Of a stretch of DNA of 29,622 nt, positions 7,401-17,104 are shown piece after piece; within the stretch, counting starts at the first letter, position 1; the number at the start of each line of letters is the position of its first letter. Under the pieces are notes generated by a model. It did no database searches and was not told where the DNA came from. It saw only the letters and a list, made by a program, of their open reading frames with translations. Source of the stretch: a virus. Taxonomy: Duplodnaviria > Caudoviricetes. The stretch is from IMG/VR virus record IMGVR_UViG_3300017774_004999, positions 1 to 29,622 of that record; one strand, 5' to 3'. A program made the translations under genes and the position numbers.

Positions 7401-10400
7401 AATATTCTCTCTTAATAGTGGGGCTGGTGCTGAAGTAATTCCAGTAATTTCGGATGGAAAAATTAAACAGGTTTTTGTCACAAAACCAGGTCATGACTAT
7501 AATTCTTCTCCAAATCTAGTTATTAACAGTACAACAGGATCTGGGGTTGTACTGTCGCCAGTTGTACAAAATGGTCAATTAGTAAACGTTAAAGTAATAT
7601 TTGAGGGATCTGGATATTCTGAAGGGACAAATATTGATGTAATTGCGGCTGGATCTGGTGCTCAATTTGAAGCACAGATACAATATTGGAGAGTTAATGA
7701 AGTAGAGAGATTATTCTACTTTAATCAAATCAATCTCGATGATGGTATTTTACAAAAATCAAGAAGTGAAAACTATGGATTGATGTATGGACATGCGTAT
7801 GCTGCAAGAGGATTGAGATCGTCCGTACTTGCAGAAGAATTAGTTGGCGAAACAACAATTTATGTTCCAGATTTAAGAACATTGGGTGGATCGGAAATTA
7901 ATTCTTCATCACATTCTCCAATCATTGGTTGGGCTTATGATGGCAATCCAATATACGGGCCATATGGATTTGATTCTACCGGTTCTGTTAAAAGAATGGA
8001 TTCGGGATATACTCAAGTTTCAAGTTCTGTAAGACCAAATATTTTAAGATATCCATTAGGATTTTTTGTAGATGATTATTCTTTTACAAATACTGGAGAT
8101 TTAGATGAACATAATGGAAAATACGGACCTACTCCAGAATACCCTGATGGAACATACGCTTATTTTTGCACAATAAATTCTGTTAATGAATCTACTGGAA
8201 TATTCCGCTCATTTAAAAAACCAGTATTCCCTTATGTTATTGGAAATACTTATAAGTCCAATCCAATATCATTTAATTATCTTGCAAGTTCCAATCAAGA
8301 TGAGATTGATATTAATGAAACTGGTTGGAGCAGAAACACTCATCCTTATCACCTTACAAAATCAAGAAGTTATTATAATTATGTTTTAGATTCAAATAAA
8401 ATTAAAAAACAATTATCTTTGATAAAGAGCACAACAAAATCTGGAATTGATTCGATTGGAATTACAACTGGAGGATCTAACTATCAAGTTGATGATAGAA
8501 TCATATTTGATAATGAAACTACTGGAGGATTTGGAATTTCTGCAAAGGTTTCAATTGTTGGTGGAAAACAAGTAACACGTATTGGAATTGGAACATCAAC
8601 ATTAAGTAATGTTCAAGTGGCACCAATTGCCAATTCTAAGAATTTTATTAGTTATGTTCCAAATCCTCACAATTACGAAAATCATGAAACTATTTCATTT
8701 ACTGCTTCAGGAATTAATACTAGTGGAAAAATTACAACTATTGTAAATGAACTTTTATTGACCACAGGAATTGGATCTACTGGATACACTGGATTAGTAA
8801 CATACTTTAATGTATCAGGAAATTTAGTTACGATAAAAGAAAATGATATCTATCAAGTTGTTGCTGAACAAGTAAAAGTTTTAAATGTAGATTCGGTTTC
8901 TTCTAGAATCAGAGTAAGACGTAGTTATAATGAAACTCAGGGTATAACTACAATTTCTGCAGGAATTGCAATAACTGAAAAACCAAGAAAATTCATATTA
9001 CCTTTTGGAATTTCAACATCAACATATAATCTAAAATTAGATAAACAAATTTATTTTGATCCTGGAGAATCTGTGGGTTTGGGAACTACAGCAGGACCTG
9101 GAATTGGATATACTTTAACATTCACAAATCCTGGAGCAGGTCTTACTCAAATTACAATACCTACACAATCGCTATGGTTGCCAAAACATGAAATTGAGAC
9201 TGGTACACAATTAGTCTACAATGCAAATGGTGGAAATGCAATCTCAATTTCTACTGATGGAAAAAACATTTTCCAACTTGCAAACGATAGTGTTCTTTAT
9301 GCCGCACGTCTTGCCGATAATTTACTAGGAATTTCTACGGTTAGAGTTGGATTAGGAACAACTGGTTCTTTTGTTGGAATTGCAACAACAGCATCTTTAT
9401 TATATCTTACAAACATTGGACTTGGCAATACACATAGTTTAACTACGAATTATGAAAATACTTTAGAAGGTACAACAACATTAAACCGAGTAACTGTATC
9501 TACAGCATCTACACACAATCTTCAGAGTGGAAATTATGTGAACGTTTCGGTTCTTTCTGGAGTCATTACTAGTTTGTATTCTGGCAATTATGAAGTAATT
9601 TCATCTGGAGGAACTCAATTTACATATACAATTGAAAACTATCCAGAAAATTCTGTTTATACTCAAAATGATGGAGAATTAAAATACTCCACAAAATCTT
9701 CTCAAGTTTATGGTTCAATCGTTGGTATAGATTTAGTTTCAAAAGGTTTATCATACATTACCTTACCAAAAGTTTCTTATGTAAGTAGTGGTATTGGAAC
9801 TGGAGCTATTCTTGTTTCATATGGATCTAGTATTGGTTCAATTAATAAAGTTGAAATACAAGATATTGGATTTGATTATCCATCAGATTTAAGTTTAAGA
9901 CCAACTGCAAATCTTCCACAAATTTTAAATGTAAAAGATTTATATTCATTTAAATCTATTGGAATTGCATCTGTAGGAAGAAATTATAATATTGCCCCAA
10001 ATTTAATTGTTTTAGATCAACTAACCGGAAAAGTAAATTCTCAAACAAATCTCAAATATAATTTGGGAGATATCAATGTTACAATTTTAAGTAATGCTTA
10101 TAATCTTGATAAAGAAACTATTGTTATTCGTTCAGTAAATAACAACAATGGAGTTGGTATTAGTACCATAAAATTTATACCATCGTCTCAAGATGTTGTG
10201 GTTACTTTGGGGTCTAGTTTTAGTGATCCAGCAACCTATCCATTTGCAATTGGTGATAAAATTTTAATTGAAAATATTAGTGTTGGGATTGGTTCTACTG
10301 CTAAAGGTTATAATTCCGAAAATTATGGATATCAGTTGTTCACGATTGTTAATTTGGATGCAAATATTGGTGGAGTTGGTGGAACAGTTTCTTACAATAT

Positions 10401-13400
10401 TTCTGGATTATTAGATGCTGGTGAAATACCGGGAAATTATGATCCAATTAATTCCTCTGGAAGAATAATATCGGAAAAAGACCTTCCAATATTTTTGCCA
10501 GAATTTAATACCAATGACTTTTTAGAAGGTGAAAGGATAAATTCACAGAATTCTTCTACTTCTGGTGATGTTGTAAGGTGGAATCGTAGAAATTCTTTAT
10601 TAAAAGTTTCTTCGGACAGAGATTTTAATTCTGGAGAAATCATAATAGCAGAATCTTCAAAAACTCAGGCTGAAATTGTACAAGTATTAAATTTCAATTC
10701 GATTTATGATGTAAATTCATCTTCGGTAGTTAAAAAAGGTTGGCAGAAAGAAACTGGATTTTTAAATAATGATTTTCAAAAAATTCATGATAGTGATTAT
10801 TATCAGTATTTTTCATATTCAATTAAAACTAATATACCATTAGAAACATGGGACACTAGTGTTGACGAATTAAATCATCCAGTTGGATTCAAAAAATTTG
10901 CAGATCTTCAAATAAAATCTTCTTCAGATGCTGTAGGGGTGGGATCGACAGTTGACACCGAATCTAGTGTAGTTGTTGAATTGGACTCGTCTCTTAATGT
11001 ACATTGTAAATCAGATTTTGATCTTGCTAAAGAAAATAATATTTTTATCAACAATTATGCATCAAATCAAATAATTTTTGAATCTACAATTCTTGAAGAT
11101 TATCTAGAATCAGTTGGTAATAGAGTTTTGATGATTGACGATCTTTCACCAGAATTTAATAGCAATCCAAGATCTACAAAATATTCAAATATTGATTTCT
11201 TTACATTATCAACAGCAAGATATAAAAAATATATAACTTTTATAAATGATTTATCATATCCAGATCAAAATCAAATTCTTCTAGTTTCTTTATTGCATGA
11301 TAATAATTATGGATATTTAAATCAATATGGAAAAATTTCTAATGATAATGATCTTGGAGTGTTTGATTTTAGTGTTTTTGGATCTGAAGGAGTCTTAGAG
11401 TTTTATCCAAATTATTATGAAGAAAATAGTTATAATGTTTCATTCTCAGCCCTTGCTGTGGGTGATCTTACAACTTCTGTGGGGCAATTAAGTCTTGGGA
11501 GCATTGTGAGTATTGCCTCGTCAAGCGTAACTCTTCCTATAGGTACATCAACGGCAAGCACTATTGTTGGGATTGCATCTACTTATAGAGGATCAAAAAT
11601 TTATGTTGTAATTGGTGCTGATGATGGGTCTTATTATGAAGTTGATGAACTTAGTCTTGTGCATGATAACACAAATGTTTCATACATGGATTATGGTCAA
11701 TTAACCACTGGTACTCTTTCTTCTTTTGGATCTCCAGGAATTGGTACATACTATGCTTATCTTTCTGGAGCTAATTTAAATGTTGATCTTATTCCATATG
11801 CAGGTCTTACAACAAATTATTTTGTAAATACGATTCGGGTTTCGATTGCAAACTCTTCTTCGGTTGGTGTTGGTACATCAAATATATTTGATGGATTTGT
11901 TGGATCTGGGTATACTAGCATTGCATCTTCAGGTTCTCCGACAGCAGTAAATGTTGCATCATTCCCATCCGATCATGATGCAGCCTACTATATTGGTGTT
12001 GTAGAAGATCTTACGAATATGCAATATCAAATTTCCGAAATGGTTGTGTTGAAAAACCAATCAAATGCATATATATCAGAATTTGGTTATATTCATACTG
12101 ATACATCTCTTGGAGATTTTACTGTTGCAAGAGTCGGTGATGATACAGTATTGCAGTTTACTCCAAGAGCAAACATACAAACTCAGGTTAGAGTATATCA
12201 AGAAGCAATAACTGCTTCACCTGCAGTTAATTATCCAAGAGAAATATCTTTAAATAATGCTGCTGTTAGTGGTGGAAATGCACTTTACGAAGGTACTGTA
12301 ATTTCTTCAAAGAAAAACTTTGGATTAACTCACGGACAAAGACCAATTTTTGAAAGATATTTTGAGGGAAATTCAACTGATATTGTTGATCTGAGTAATG
12401 ATAGATTGCAAATTCCAGAACACTTTTTTGTAACTGGAGAAAAACTTTATTATGAATATGGTGGTTCTGATACCAGCAGTATTAATGCGGTAGGAATTGC
12501 TACAACCACAATCAGTGGAATTGGTCTGACAGACAAACTTCCAAGAACTTTATATGCATATAAAACTGATAATTTGTATTTGAAATTTGCAGGGGCGGCC
12601 GCTGATGCTTTATCAAGTCCACCAAAGTTTTTAGATATAACGAGCGTTGGAATTGGAACATCTCACATCGTCAAAGGATCAAATCAAAATGCTAGATCGA
12701 TGATTTCGATTGATAATATTATACAATCACCAATTGTAGGTACATCAATTACTACAACCGTTGGAGCATATATACAATCCATAACAAATATTATTACTTT
12801 ATCTGGAATTACCTCAATATTCAGTGGAGACTTGATAAAGATTAATAGTGAAATAATGAGACTTGATACTCTTGGGTTTGGTGCGACAAATGTTGCAATT
12901 GTACAAAGAGGATGGCTTGGAACTGGAATTTCCACACACCAAGTAGGAACTTTAGTTACCAAGTTAGCAGGAAATTATAACATTGATTCAAATACAATTT
13001 ATTTTGCAAATTCTCCATGGGGACAAATTCCATTTACGAATTTATCCACCAGGTCGGATGAACAAGACTATGTTGGATTGATAACTGGTTCTACATTTAG
13101 TGGAAGAGTATTTTTAAAATCTGGCGATGCAAACTCTTCATCAGATGCATATTATTATAATAAAATATTTGATGATATATCGGAATCATTTACTGGAGTA
13201 AGCACAAGTTTTATTCTAAAATCTGAAGGATCAAATATTACTGGAATAAGCACAAGCAATGCTGTGATTTTAATAAATCAAATTTTCCAACAACCTGCTA
13301 GAAACACGTTACCTGTCAATATAGAAGGAAATTATGGTTTATCAGAATCAAGTGGCATTACTACAATTTCCTTTGTTGGAAATGCTTCTCAGTCGTATGA

Positions 13401-15525
13401 TATTAATGCTTCTGGATTGCCAAGAAAAGGAATACTTATTTCTGTTGGATCAACTGCTGGATTTGGATTCCAACCTTTAGTTTCAGCTGGAGGTACTGCT
13501 GTTGTTTCCGTTGCCGGAACAATTCAATCAATTAGTATTGGAAACAGCGGTTCTGGTTATCGTTCTGGAGCACAAGTTGTAAGAGTTGGAGTTGGTACTT
13601 CAAGTACAAAAACTCCCAATATTCAATTCATTGGAACTGCAGCAGTTCAAAATGGTAGTATTGTAAGTATTGCAATTACAAATCCCGGAACAGGATATAC
13701 CTCAACAAATGCACCAGTTGTTTTCTTTGATTCACCACTCTCTTATAGTAATATTCCTTTAATTTATAGTTCTTCTTCTGTATCTGGAGTTGGAAGTGGA
13801 TCTAAAGTTAATATTGTTGTTGGACAGGGATCTAGTGCAATAAACTTTGAAATTGTAAATACTGGTTATGGATATGGTCAAGGAGAAATTCTGACCGTTG
13901 CAATTGGTGGTACAGTTGGCATTCCAACAAATACAAGTTTAACATATAAAGAATTTCAACTTACTGTTGATAAAACTTATACAGATTCATTTGCTGGTTG
14001 GTCTATTGGTGATTTACAAGTTATTGATTCATTTGATTTATTGTTTGATGGAGAAAGAAAAAATTTCTCAATTAAGATAAATGATGCTCTCACCTCAATT
14101 AGAACTAGACCAGGATCAAACGTTGATGTTCAAGCAACTCTGTTAGTATTCATTAATGATATTTTACAAGTTCCTGGGGCTGGATATATTTTCCGTGGTG
14201 GAAATCTTATAACTTTTCCAGAACCCCCAAAATCTGGAGATACCTCAAAGATCTTATTCTATAAAGGAAATAGTAATGTCGATGTTGTTTTTGTTGATGT
14301 TTTGGAACCGATTGAAGTTGGTGATAATTTACAGTTAATTGATGATTCAATTTTCCTAACTCAAGATGAAAGACTTGTTACAAATATTTTGGCAAGTGAT
14401 CATGTAAATACGAATACTTATTTTAATCCAGGTCTTACATATGATGAAACTTACGTTAGACCAGTAACTCTTTGTTATCAAACTGAAGATAGAATTATTG
14501 ACGGTAAAGAAGATGGAAAAACAAGAGTTCTTTATGAACCTTTTGTTCAACCAGTAACAAATATAATTACTAGTTTGGGTATTACATCTTCATCCGTATT
14601 TGTCGAAAGTGCAAAGACTTTCTTTGATTCACAAAAAGAAAATACTACAGGAACTACAAATTATAAAAAAATTATTATTACATCACAAGATTCTGTTGCT
14701 GGAGCATCTGCTACAGCGGTAGTTTCTGTTGCTGGCACAATCACTTCGTTTGTAATTGGTGATGGTGGTTATGGTTATACTTCAGCACCAGATGTGATTG
14801 TTTCAAATCCAGTTGGACTTGGATCAACATATAGAGCTTCTGGATCTGCAACTATAACAAACGGAGTTGTGACCTCAATCGGAGTTTCTGCAATTGGTTA
14901 TGGTTATACTTCAACAAATCCACCGCTTGTTTTAATTCAGTCACCTAAAGTTACAAAAGAAGAGATATCTAATGTAACTTTTGAAGGAGATTTTGGAATC
15001 ATCACTGGTATTAAAACGACATCAGTATCTGTGGCAACTACAGGATTGGTATTCGACTTCTTTATTCCACAAAATTCCTACTTGAGAGACTTAACTATCA
15101 ATACAGTAGGTATTGCAACAACAGGAATCAGTGGAATACAAACTGGTTATTATTTTGTTGTCAAAAATTCCAATGTTGGCAATGGCATCACTGCAAAAGA
15201 TGAGACTGGTGGTACAGTTGGAATTGGAACAACATGTTTGGATAATATCTATAAAGCAGTTGCTGTTTCGATTGCACAAACTGGTGTTCCTGGAATTGGA
15301 TTGACCTATGTTGCTAAAGTAACTGTAAGTCTTACTTCATACAATAGTCTTACTGGACTTGGATTTAGTTCATTCTATGGAGAATATAGTTGGGGAAGAC
15401 TTTCTACATTAAGTAGAACATATCCAAAAGAGTTTACAAATTATAAGAATGCGCTTGTAGGTATTTCAAGTTCTCCAACTGTTCAAAGACTTCTTCCTTT
15501 GAAATACCAAAATTATACTACATAA
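4477..15525 (+). CDS. gp7: Giant baseplate wedge initiator, T4 gp7-like, with many inserted beta-rich modules (3682 aa)
   Basis: Lies between gp6 and gp8. N-terminal QVPSYVREEFPLLIEFLSQYY and FYSSKGTENSFKILFYALY; internal IHDSDYYQYFSYSIK..HPVGFKKF; YHYH-like segment; repeated GSGY modules. Confidence 0.8.
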   Translation: MSEFRVKTSLIVENQVPSYVREEFPLLIEFLSQYYKSLDYQSGSSDILQNIDQYVKLDSLVNLIDSTTLTSFVEFYDTTINVESTTGFPDSYGLLLIDNEIITYESKTSTSFVNCKRGFSGTTTYQDSTSIDQLVFSDTDVDQHENASIISNLSILFLKEFLLKVKKQISPGFDGRDLYSEINESLFLKQVKDFYSSKGTENSFKILFYALYGDTEASVIKPSDYLIQPSDARYYITKDLVVEAIDGDPSDLVGSTLYQDDGFFEPAKGTVSKVERILRGQKEYYIISLDQDQDKDLQGDGTFSIHPKTRIITTTGIGVTTLEVDSTVGFPQSGILVVNQGADTQFSLNYEEKTINQFLGCSNITSEISEQEEVVLDSYAYGYVGISTNNVIKVRITGVLSDLKILDKTYYYEKGEKIQIESLGSNLSSNIANNWFFNVSVRYDVKFLQLVDSSTYTYRVNLYDEHDFVIGDSITLISSNDREFYGEIIPENINAIYTSNISGFDSKLAFNITGQGQLNTNIFYNVRKNISKVSTTNYPSLTKYTTNVQNVYTDLEDTLYVASNSLPSYYNNPLVINDRSITFSGSFSGTQLVIGTHSFITGDAIVYNPTDDNNKLDLFSGIYFVKRVNNTTISVARSRENIFTENYISVSGTVSNNQFFLYDFSDDLLNPKQVEPQKLIRKISTPESDGSSYDTPVGSTGIFINGVELINYKTSDIIFYGPLQKIVPTASGSDYDIINPPSLNITDAIGFGATGICTVTGSLVRVDIIDPGFDYLEDPIITITGGSGSGALVKPNLIKFDHYSIFNSSAGALQVNTANDTIGFSSYHKFRDSEEVVYDTQGGTNVGGLTTGAKYYVAVQDGFTLKLHKTFTDSAVGINTVDLTSFGAGNHKLLSTTNKKKIGSISVIDGGSGYVSGGSTIQLTIKSRIGISTLTGQSFEAILNPIFRGNITSVSLTSSGVEYGSEEIINYNRQPIFSLNSGAGAEVIPVISDGKIKQVFVTKPGHDYNSSPNLVINSTTGSGVVLSPVVQNGQLVNVKVIFEGSGYSEGTNIDVIAAGSGAQFEAQIQYWRVNEVERLFYFNQINLDDGILQKSRSENYGLMYGHAYAARGLRSSVLAEELVGETTIYVPDLRTLGGSEINSSSHSPIIGWAYDGNPIYGPYGFDSTGSVKRMDSGYTQVSSSVRPNILRYPLGFFVDDYSFTNTGDLDEHNGKYGPTPEYPDGTYAYFCTINSVNESTGIFRSFKKPVFPYVIGNTYKSNPISFNYLASSNQDEIDINETGWSRNTHPYHLTKSRSYYNYVLDSNKIKKQLSLIKSTTKSGIDSIGITTGGSNYQVDDRIIFDNETTGGFGISAKVSIVGGKQVTRIGIGTSTLSNVQVAPIANSKNFISYVPNPHNYENHETISFTASGINTSGKITTIVNELLLTTGIGSTGYTGLVTYFNVSGNLVTIKENDIYQVVAEQVKVLNVDSVSSRIRVRRSYNETQGITTISAGIAITEKPRKFILPFGISTSTYNLKLDKQIYFDPGESVGLGTTAGPGIGYTLTFTNPGAGLTQITIPTQSLWLPKHEIETGTQLVYNANGGNAISISTDGKNIFQLANDSVLYAARLADNLLGISTVRVGLGTTGSFVGIATTASLLYLTNIGLGNTHSLTTNYENTLEGTTTLNRVTVSTASTHNLQSGNYVNVSVLSGVITSLYSGNYEVISSGGTQFTYTIENYPENSVYTQNDGELKYSTKSSQVYGSIVGIDLVSKGLSYITLPKVSYVSSGIGTGAILVSYGSSIGSINKVEIQDIGFDYPSDLSLRPTANLPQILNVKDLYSFKSIGIASVGRNYNIAPNLIVLDQLTGKVNSQTNLKYNLGDINVTILSNAYNLDKETIVIRSVNNNNGVGISTIKFIPSSQDVVVTLGSSFSDPATYPFAIGDKILIENISVGIGSTAKGYNSENYGYQLFTIVNLDANIGGVGGTVSYNISGLLDAGEIPGNYDPINSSGRIISEKDLPIFLPEFNTNDFLEGERINSQNSSTSGDVVRWNRRNSLLKVSSDRDFNSGEIIIAESSKTQAEIVQVLNFNSIYDVNSSSVVKKGWQKETGFLNNDFQKIHDSDYYQYFSYSIKTNIPLETWDTSVDELNHPVGFKKFADLQIKSSSDAVGVGSTVDTESSVVVELDSSLNVHCKSDFDLAKENNIFINNYASNQIIFESTILEDYLESVGNRVLMIDDLSPEFNSNPRSTKYSNIDFFTLSTARYKKYITFINDLSYPDQNQILLVSLLHDNNYGYLNQYGKISNDNDLGVFDFSVFGSEGVLEFYPNYYEENSYNVSFSALAVGDLTTSVGQLSLGSIVSIASSSVTLPIGTSTASTIVGIASTYRGSKIYVVIGADDGSYYEVDELSLVHDNTNVSYMDYGQLTTGTLSSFGSPGIGTYYAYLSGANLNVDLIPYAGLTTNYFVNTIRVSIANSSSVGVGTSNIFDGFVGSGYTSIASSGSPTAVNVASFPSDHDAAYYIGVVEDLTNMQYQISEMVVLKNQSNAYISEFGYIHTDTSLGDFTVARVGDDTVLQFTPRANIQTQVRVYQEAITASPAVNYPREISLNNAAVSGGNALYEGTVISSKKNFGLTHGQRPIFERYFEGNSTDIVDLSNDRLQIPEHFFVTGEKLYYEYGGSDTSSINAVGIATTTISGIGLTDKLPRTLYAYKTDNLYLKFAGAAADALSSPPKFLDITSVGIGTSHIVKGSNQNARSMISIDNIIQSPIVGTSITTTVGAYIQSITNIITLSGITSIFSGDLIKINSEIMRLDTLGFGATNVAIVQRGWLGTGISTHQVGTLVTKLAGNYNIDSNTIYFANSPWGQIPFTNLSTRSDEQDYVGLITGSTFSGRVFLKSGDANSSSDAYYYNKIFDDISESFTGVSTSFILKSEGSNITGISTSNAVILINQIFQQPARNTLPVNIEGNYGLSESSGITTISFVGNASQSYDINASGLPRKGILISVGSTAGFGFQPLVSAGGTAVVSVAGTIQSISIGNSGSGYRSGAQVVRVGVGTSSTKTPNIQFIGTAAVQNGSIVSIAITNPGTGYTSTNAPVVFFDSPLSYSNIPLIYSSSSVSGVGSGSKVNIVVGQGSSAINFEIVNTGYGYGQGEILTVAIGGTVGIPTNTSLTYKEFQLTVDKTYTDSFAGWSIGDLQVIDSFDLLFDGERKNFSIKINDALTSIRTRPGSNVDVQATLLVFINDILQVPGAGYIFRGGNLITFPEPPKSGDTSKILFYKGNSNVDVVFVDVLEPIEVGDNLQLIDDSIFLTQDERLVTNILASDHVNTNTYFNPGLTYDETYVRPVTLCYQTEDRIIDGKEDGKTRVLYEPFVQPVTNIITSLGITSSSVFVESAKTFFDSQKENTTGTTNYKKIIITSQDSVAGASATAVVSVAGTITSFVIGDGGYGYTSAPDVIVSNPVGLGSTYRASGSATITNGVVTSIGVSAIGYGYTSTNPPLVLIQSPKVTKEEISNVTFEGDFGIITGIKTTSVSVATTGLVFDFFIPQNSYLRDLTINTVGIATTGISGIQTGYYFVVKNSNVGNGITAKDETGGTVGIGTTCLDNIYKAVAVSIAQTGVPGIGLTYVAKVTVSLTSYNSLTGLGFSSFYGEYSWGRLSTLSRTYPKEFTNYKNALVGISSSPTVQRLLPLKYQNYTT

Positions 15526-15528
15526 ATA
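15521..15528 (+). promoter_or_regulatory. T4-type late promoter (CATAAATA) overlapping the gp7 stop codon
   Basis: 7/8 match to TATAAATA, 16 nt upstream of the gp8 ATG. Confidence 0.7.
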
Positions 15529-15544
15529 CATAAAAAACTACAAA

Positions 15545-17098
15545 ATGGCTGCTATTATAACAGATCAATTTAGAATATTGAGTGCTAAGAATTTTGTTTC
15601 TGCTGCTAGCTCTTCAGATAACTCATATTATGTTTTTGTAGGTCTTCCAAACGCTACAGAATATAGCACAACTTGGGATACAAACCCACCGGCACCAAAA
15701 GATAATTTTAGTGAAGAAAATTCTTATTGGGATACTGCAATTGCACTTAAAAAAATATCCACAGAAAATATCAAACAAATAATTAGAAAAATTACTTGGA
15801 CTTCTGGTACTACCTATGACCTGTATAGGCATGATATAAGTAGAACTAATACTTCAAAACCATCTGGAGCAACTAATTTATATGCAGCAAATTATTATGT
15901 TGTAAACTCAGATTATAGAGTTTATATTTGTTTACAAAATGGAACAAATCCAGAAAATCCTGAAGGAAGACCTTCTCTTGATGAGCCAACTTTTACAGAT
16001 TTAGAACCAAGATCGGCAGGAACAAGTGGAGATGGATATATCTGGAAATATCTGTATACAATTGCTGCTAGTGATATTATTAAATTTGAAACTTCTAATT
16101 TTATCCCAGTACCAAAAGATTGGGAAACTAGTGATGCAAACTCTGCTGTGAGAAATAATGCTGCAACTGGTGGGCAAATAAAGATTGTTACAGTAACCAA
16201 TCGCGGAGTTGGTATTGGGACAGCAAATACAACTTATACTAGAGTTCCTATTAAAGGTGATGGCATTGGATCTGAAGCAACTATTATTGTCAATAATAAC
16301 TCAAAGGTAGAATCTATTACTATTTCTAATGGTGGTTCTGGATATACTTATGGAACTGTAGATTTAGTTTCAGGAAATGTTCCTACTGGAACCACTCAAC
16401 CAACTTTTGATGTAATTATCCCACCAAAAGGTGGTCATGGAGCAGATATTTATAGAGAATTGGGTGCCAATAGAGTAACTCTTTATGCAAGAATTGAAAA
16501 TGATACTCAAAACCCAGATTTTATAACTGGTAACCAAATTTCAAGAATTGGTGTTATTGAAAATCCGTTGGTTTATAATTCTTCTTCTATTCTTACTGAA
16601 GATAAAGCAAGTGCAGTATATGCATTAAAACTTATTGGTATTGGATATAGTACAGCAACATTTAATGCAGATTCAATAATAACACAAACAGTTGGCGTTG
16701 CTTCAACATCTATTGGAAGAGTTATTTCTTATGATCAAAATACTGGCATTCTAAAATATTGGCAAGACAGAACTCTTGTTGGTTTCAACAGTGATGGATC
16801 AAAAAATACAAATCCAATTTATGGGTTTAATATGAATAGATTCACACCTTCTCCTGGAGTTGGTGGAACAACTGTAATTCAAGGAGGAAGTGCAAATTTG
16901 TCGATTGATATAAATTTCAATGGTATATCAACATCAATAAATAGTAGGTCATATTTTTTTGGACAAAATATTATTAATGGTGTGTCCAATCCAGAAGTTC
17001 AAAAGTATTCTGGAAACATCATTCATGTAGATAATAGACCTTCTGTTACTAGATCGTCTAGTCAAAAAGAAGATATCAAGGTAATTTTGCAATTCTAA
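15545..17098 (+). CDS. gp8: Baseplate wedge subunit, T4 gp8-like
   Basis: AIITDQFR, RKITWTSGTTYDLY, YYVVNSDYRVYICL, DGYIWKYLYTI and C-terminal DNRPSVTRSSSQKEDIKVILQF. Confidence 0.92.
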   Translation: MAAIITDQFRILSAKNFVSAASSSDNSYYVFVGLPNATEYSTTWDTNPPAPKDNFSEENSYWDTAIALKKISTENIKQIIRKITWTSGTTYDLYRHDISRTNTSKPSGATNLYAANYYVVNSDYRVYICLQNGTNPENPEGRPSLDEPTFTDLEPRSAGTSGDGYIWKYLYTIAASDIIKFETSNFIPVPKDWETSDANSAVRNNAATGGQIKIVTVTNRGVGIGTANTTYTRVPIKGDGIGSEATIIVNNNSKVESITISNGGSGYTYGTVDLVSGNVPTGTTQPTFDVIIPPKGGHGADIYRELGANRVTLYARIENDTQNPDFITGNQISRIGVIENPLVYNSSSILTEDKASAVYALKLIGIGYSTATFNADSIITQTVGVASTSIGRVISYDQNTGILKYWQDRTLVGFNSDGSKNTNPIYGFNMNRFTPSPGVGGTTVIQGGSANLSIDINFNGISTSINSRSYFFGQNIINGVSNPEVQKYSGNIIHVDNRPSVTRSSSQKEDIKVILQF

Positions 17099-17104
17099 AA
17101 AATC

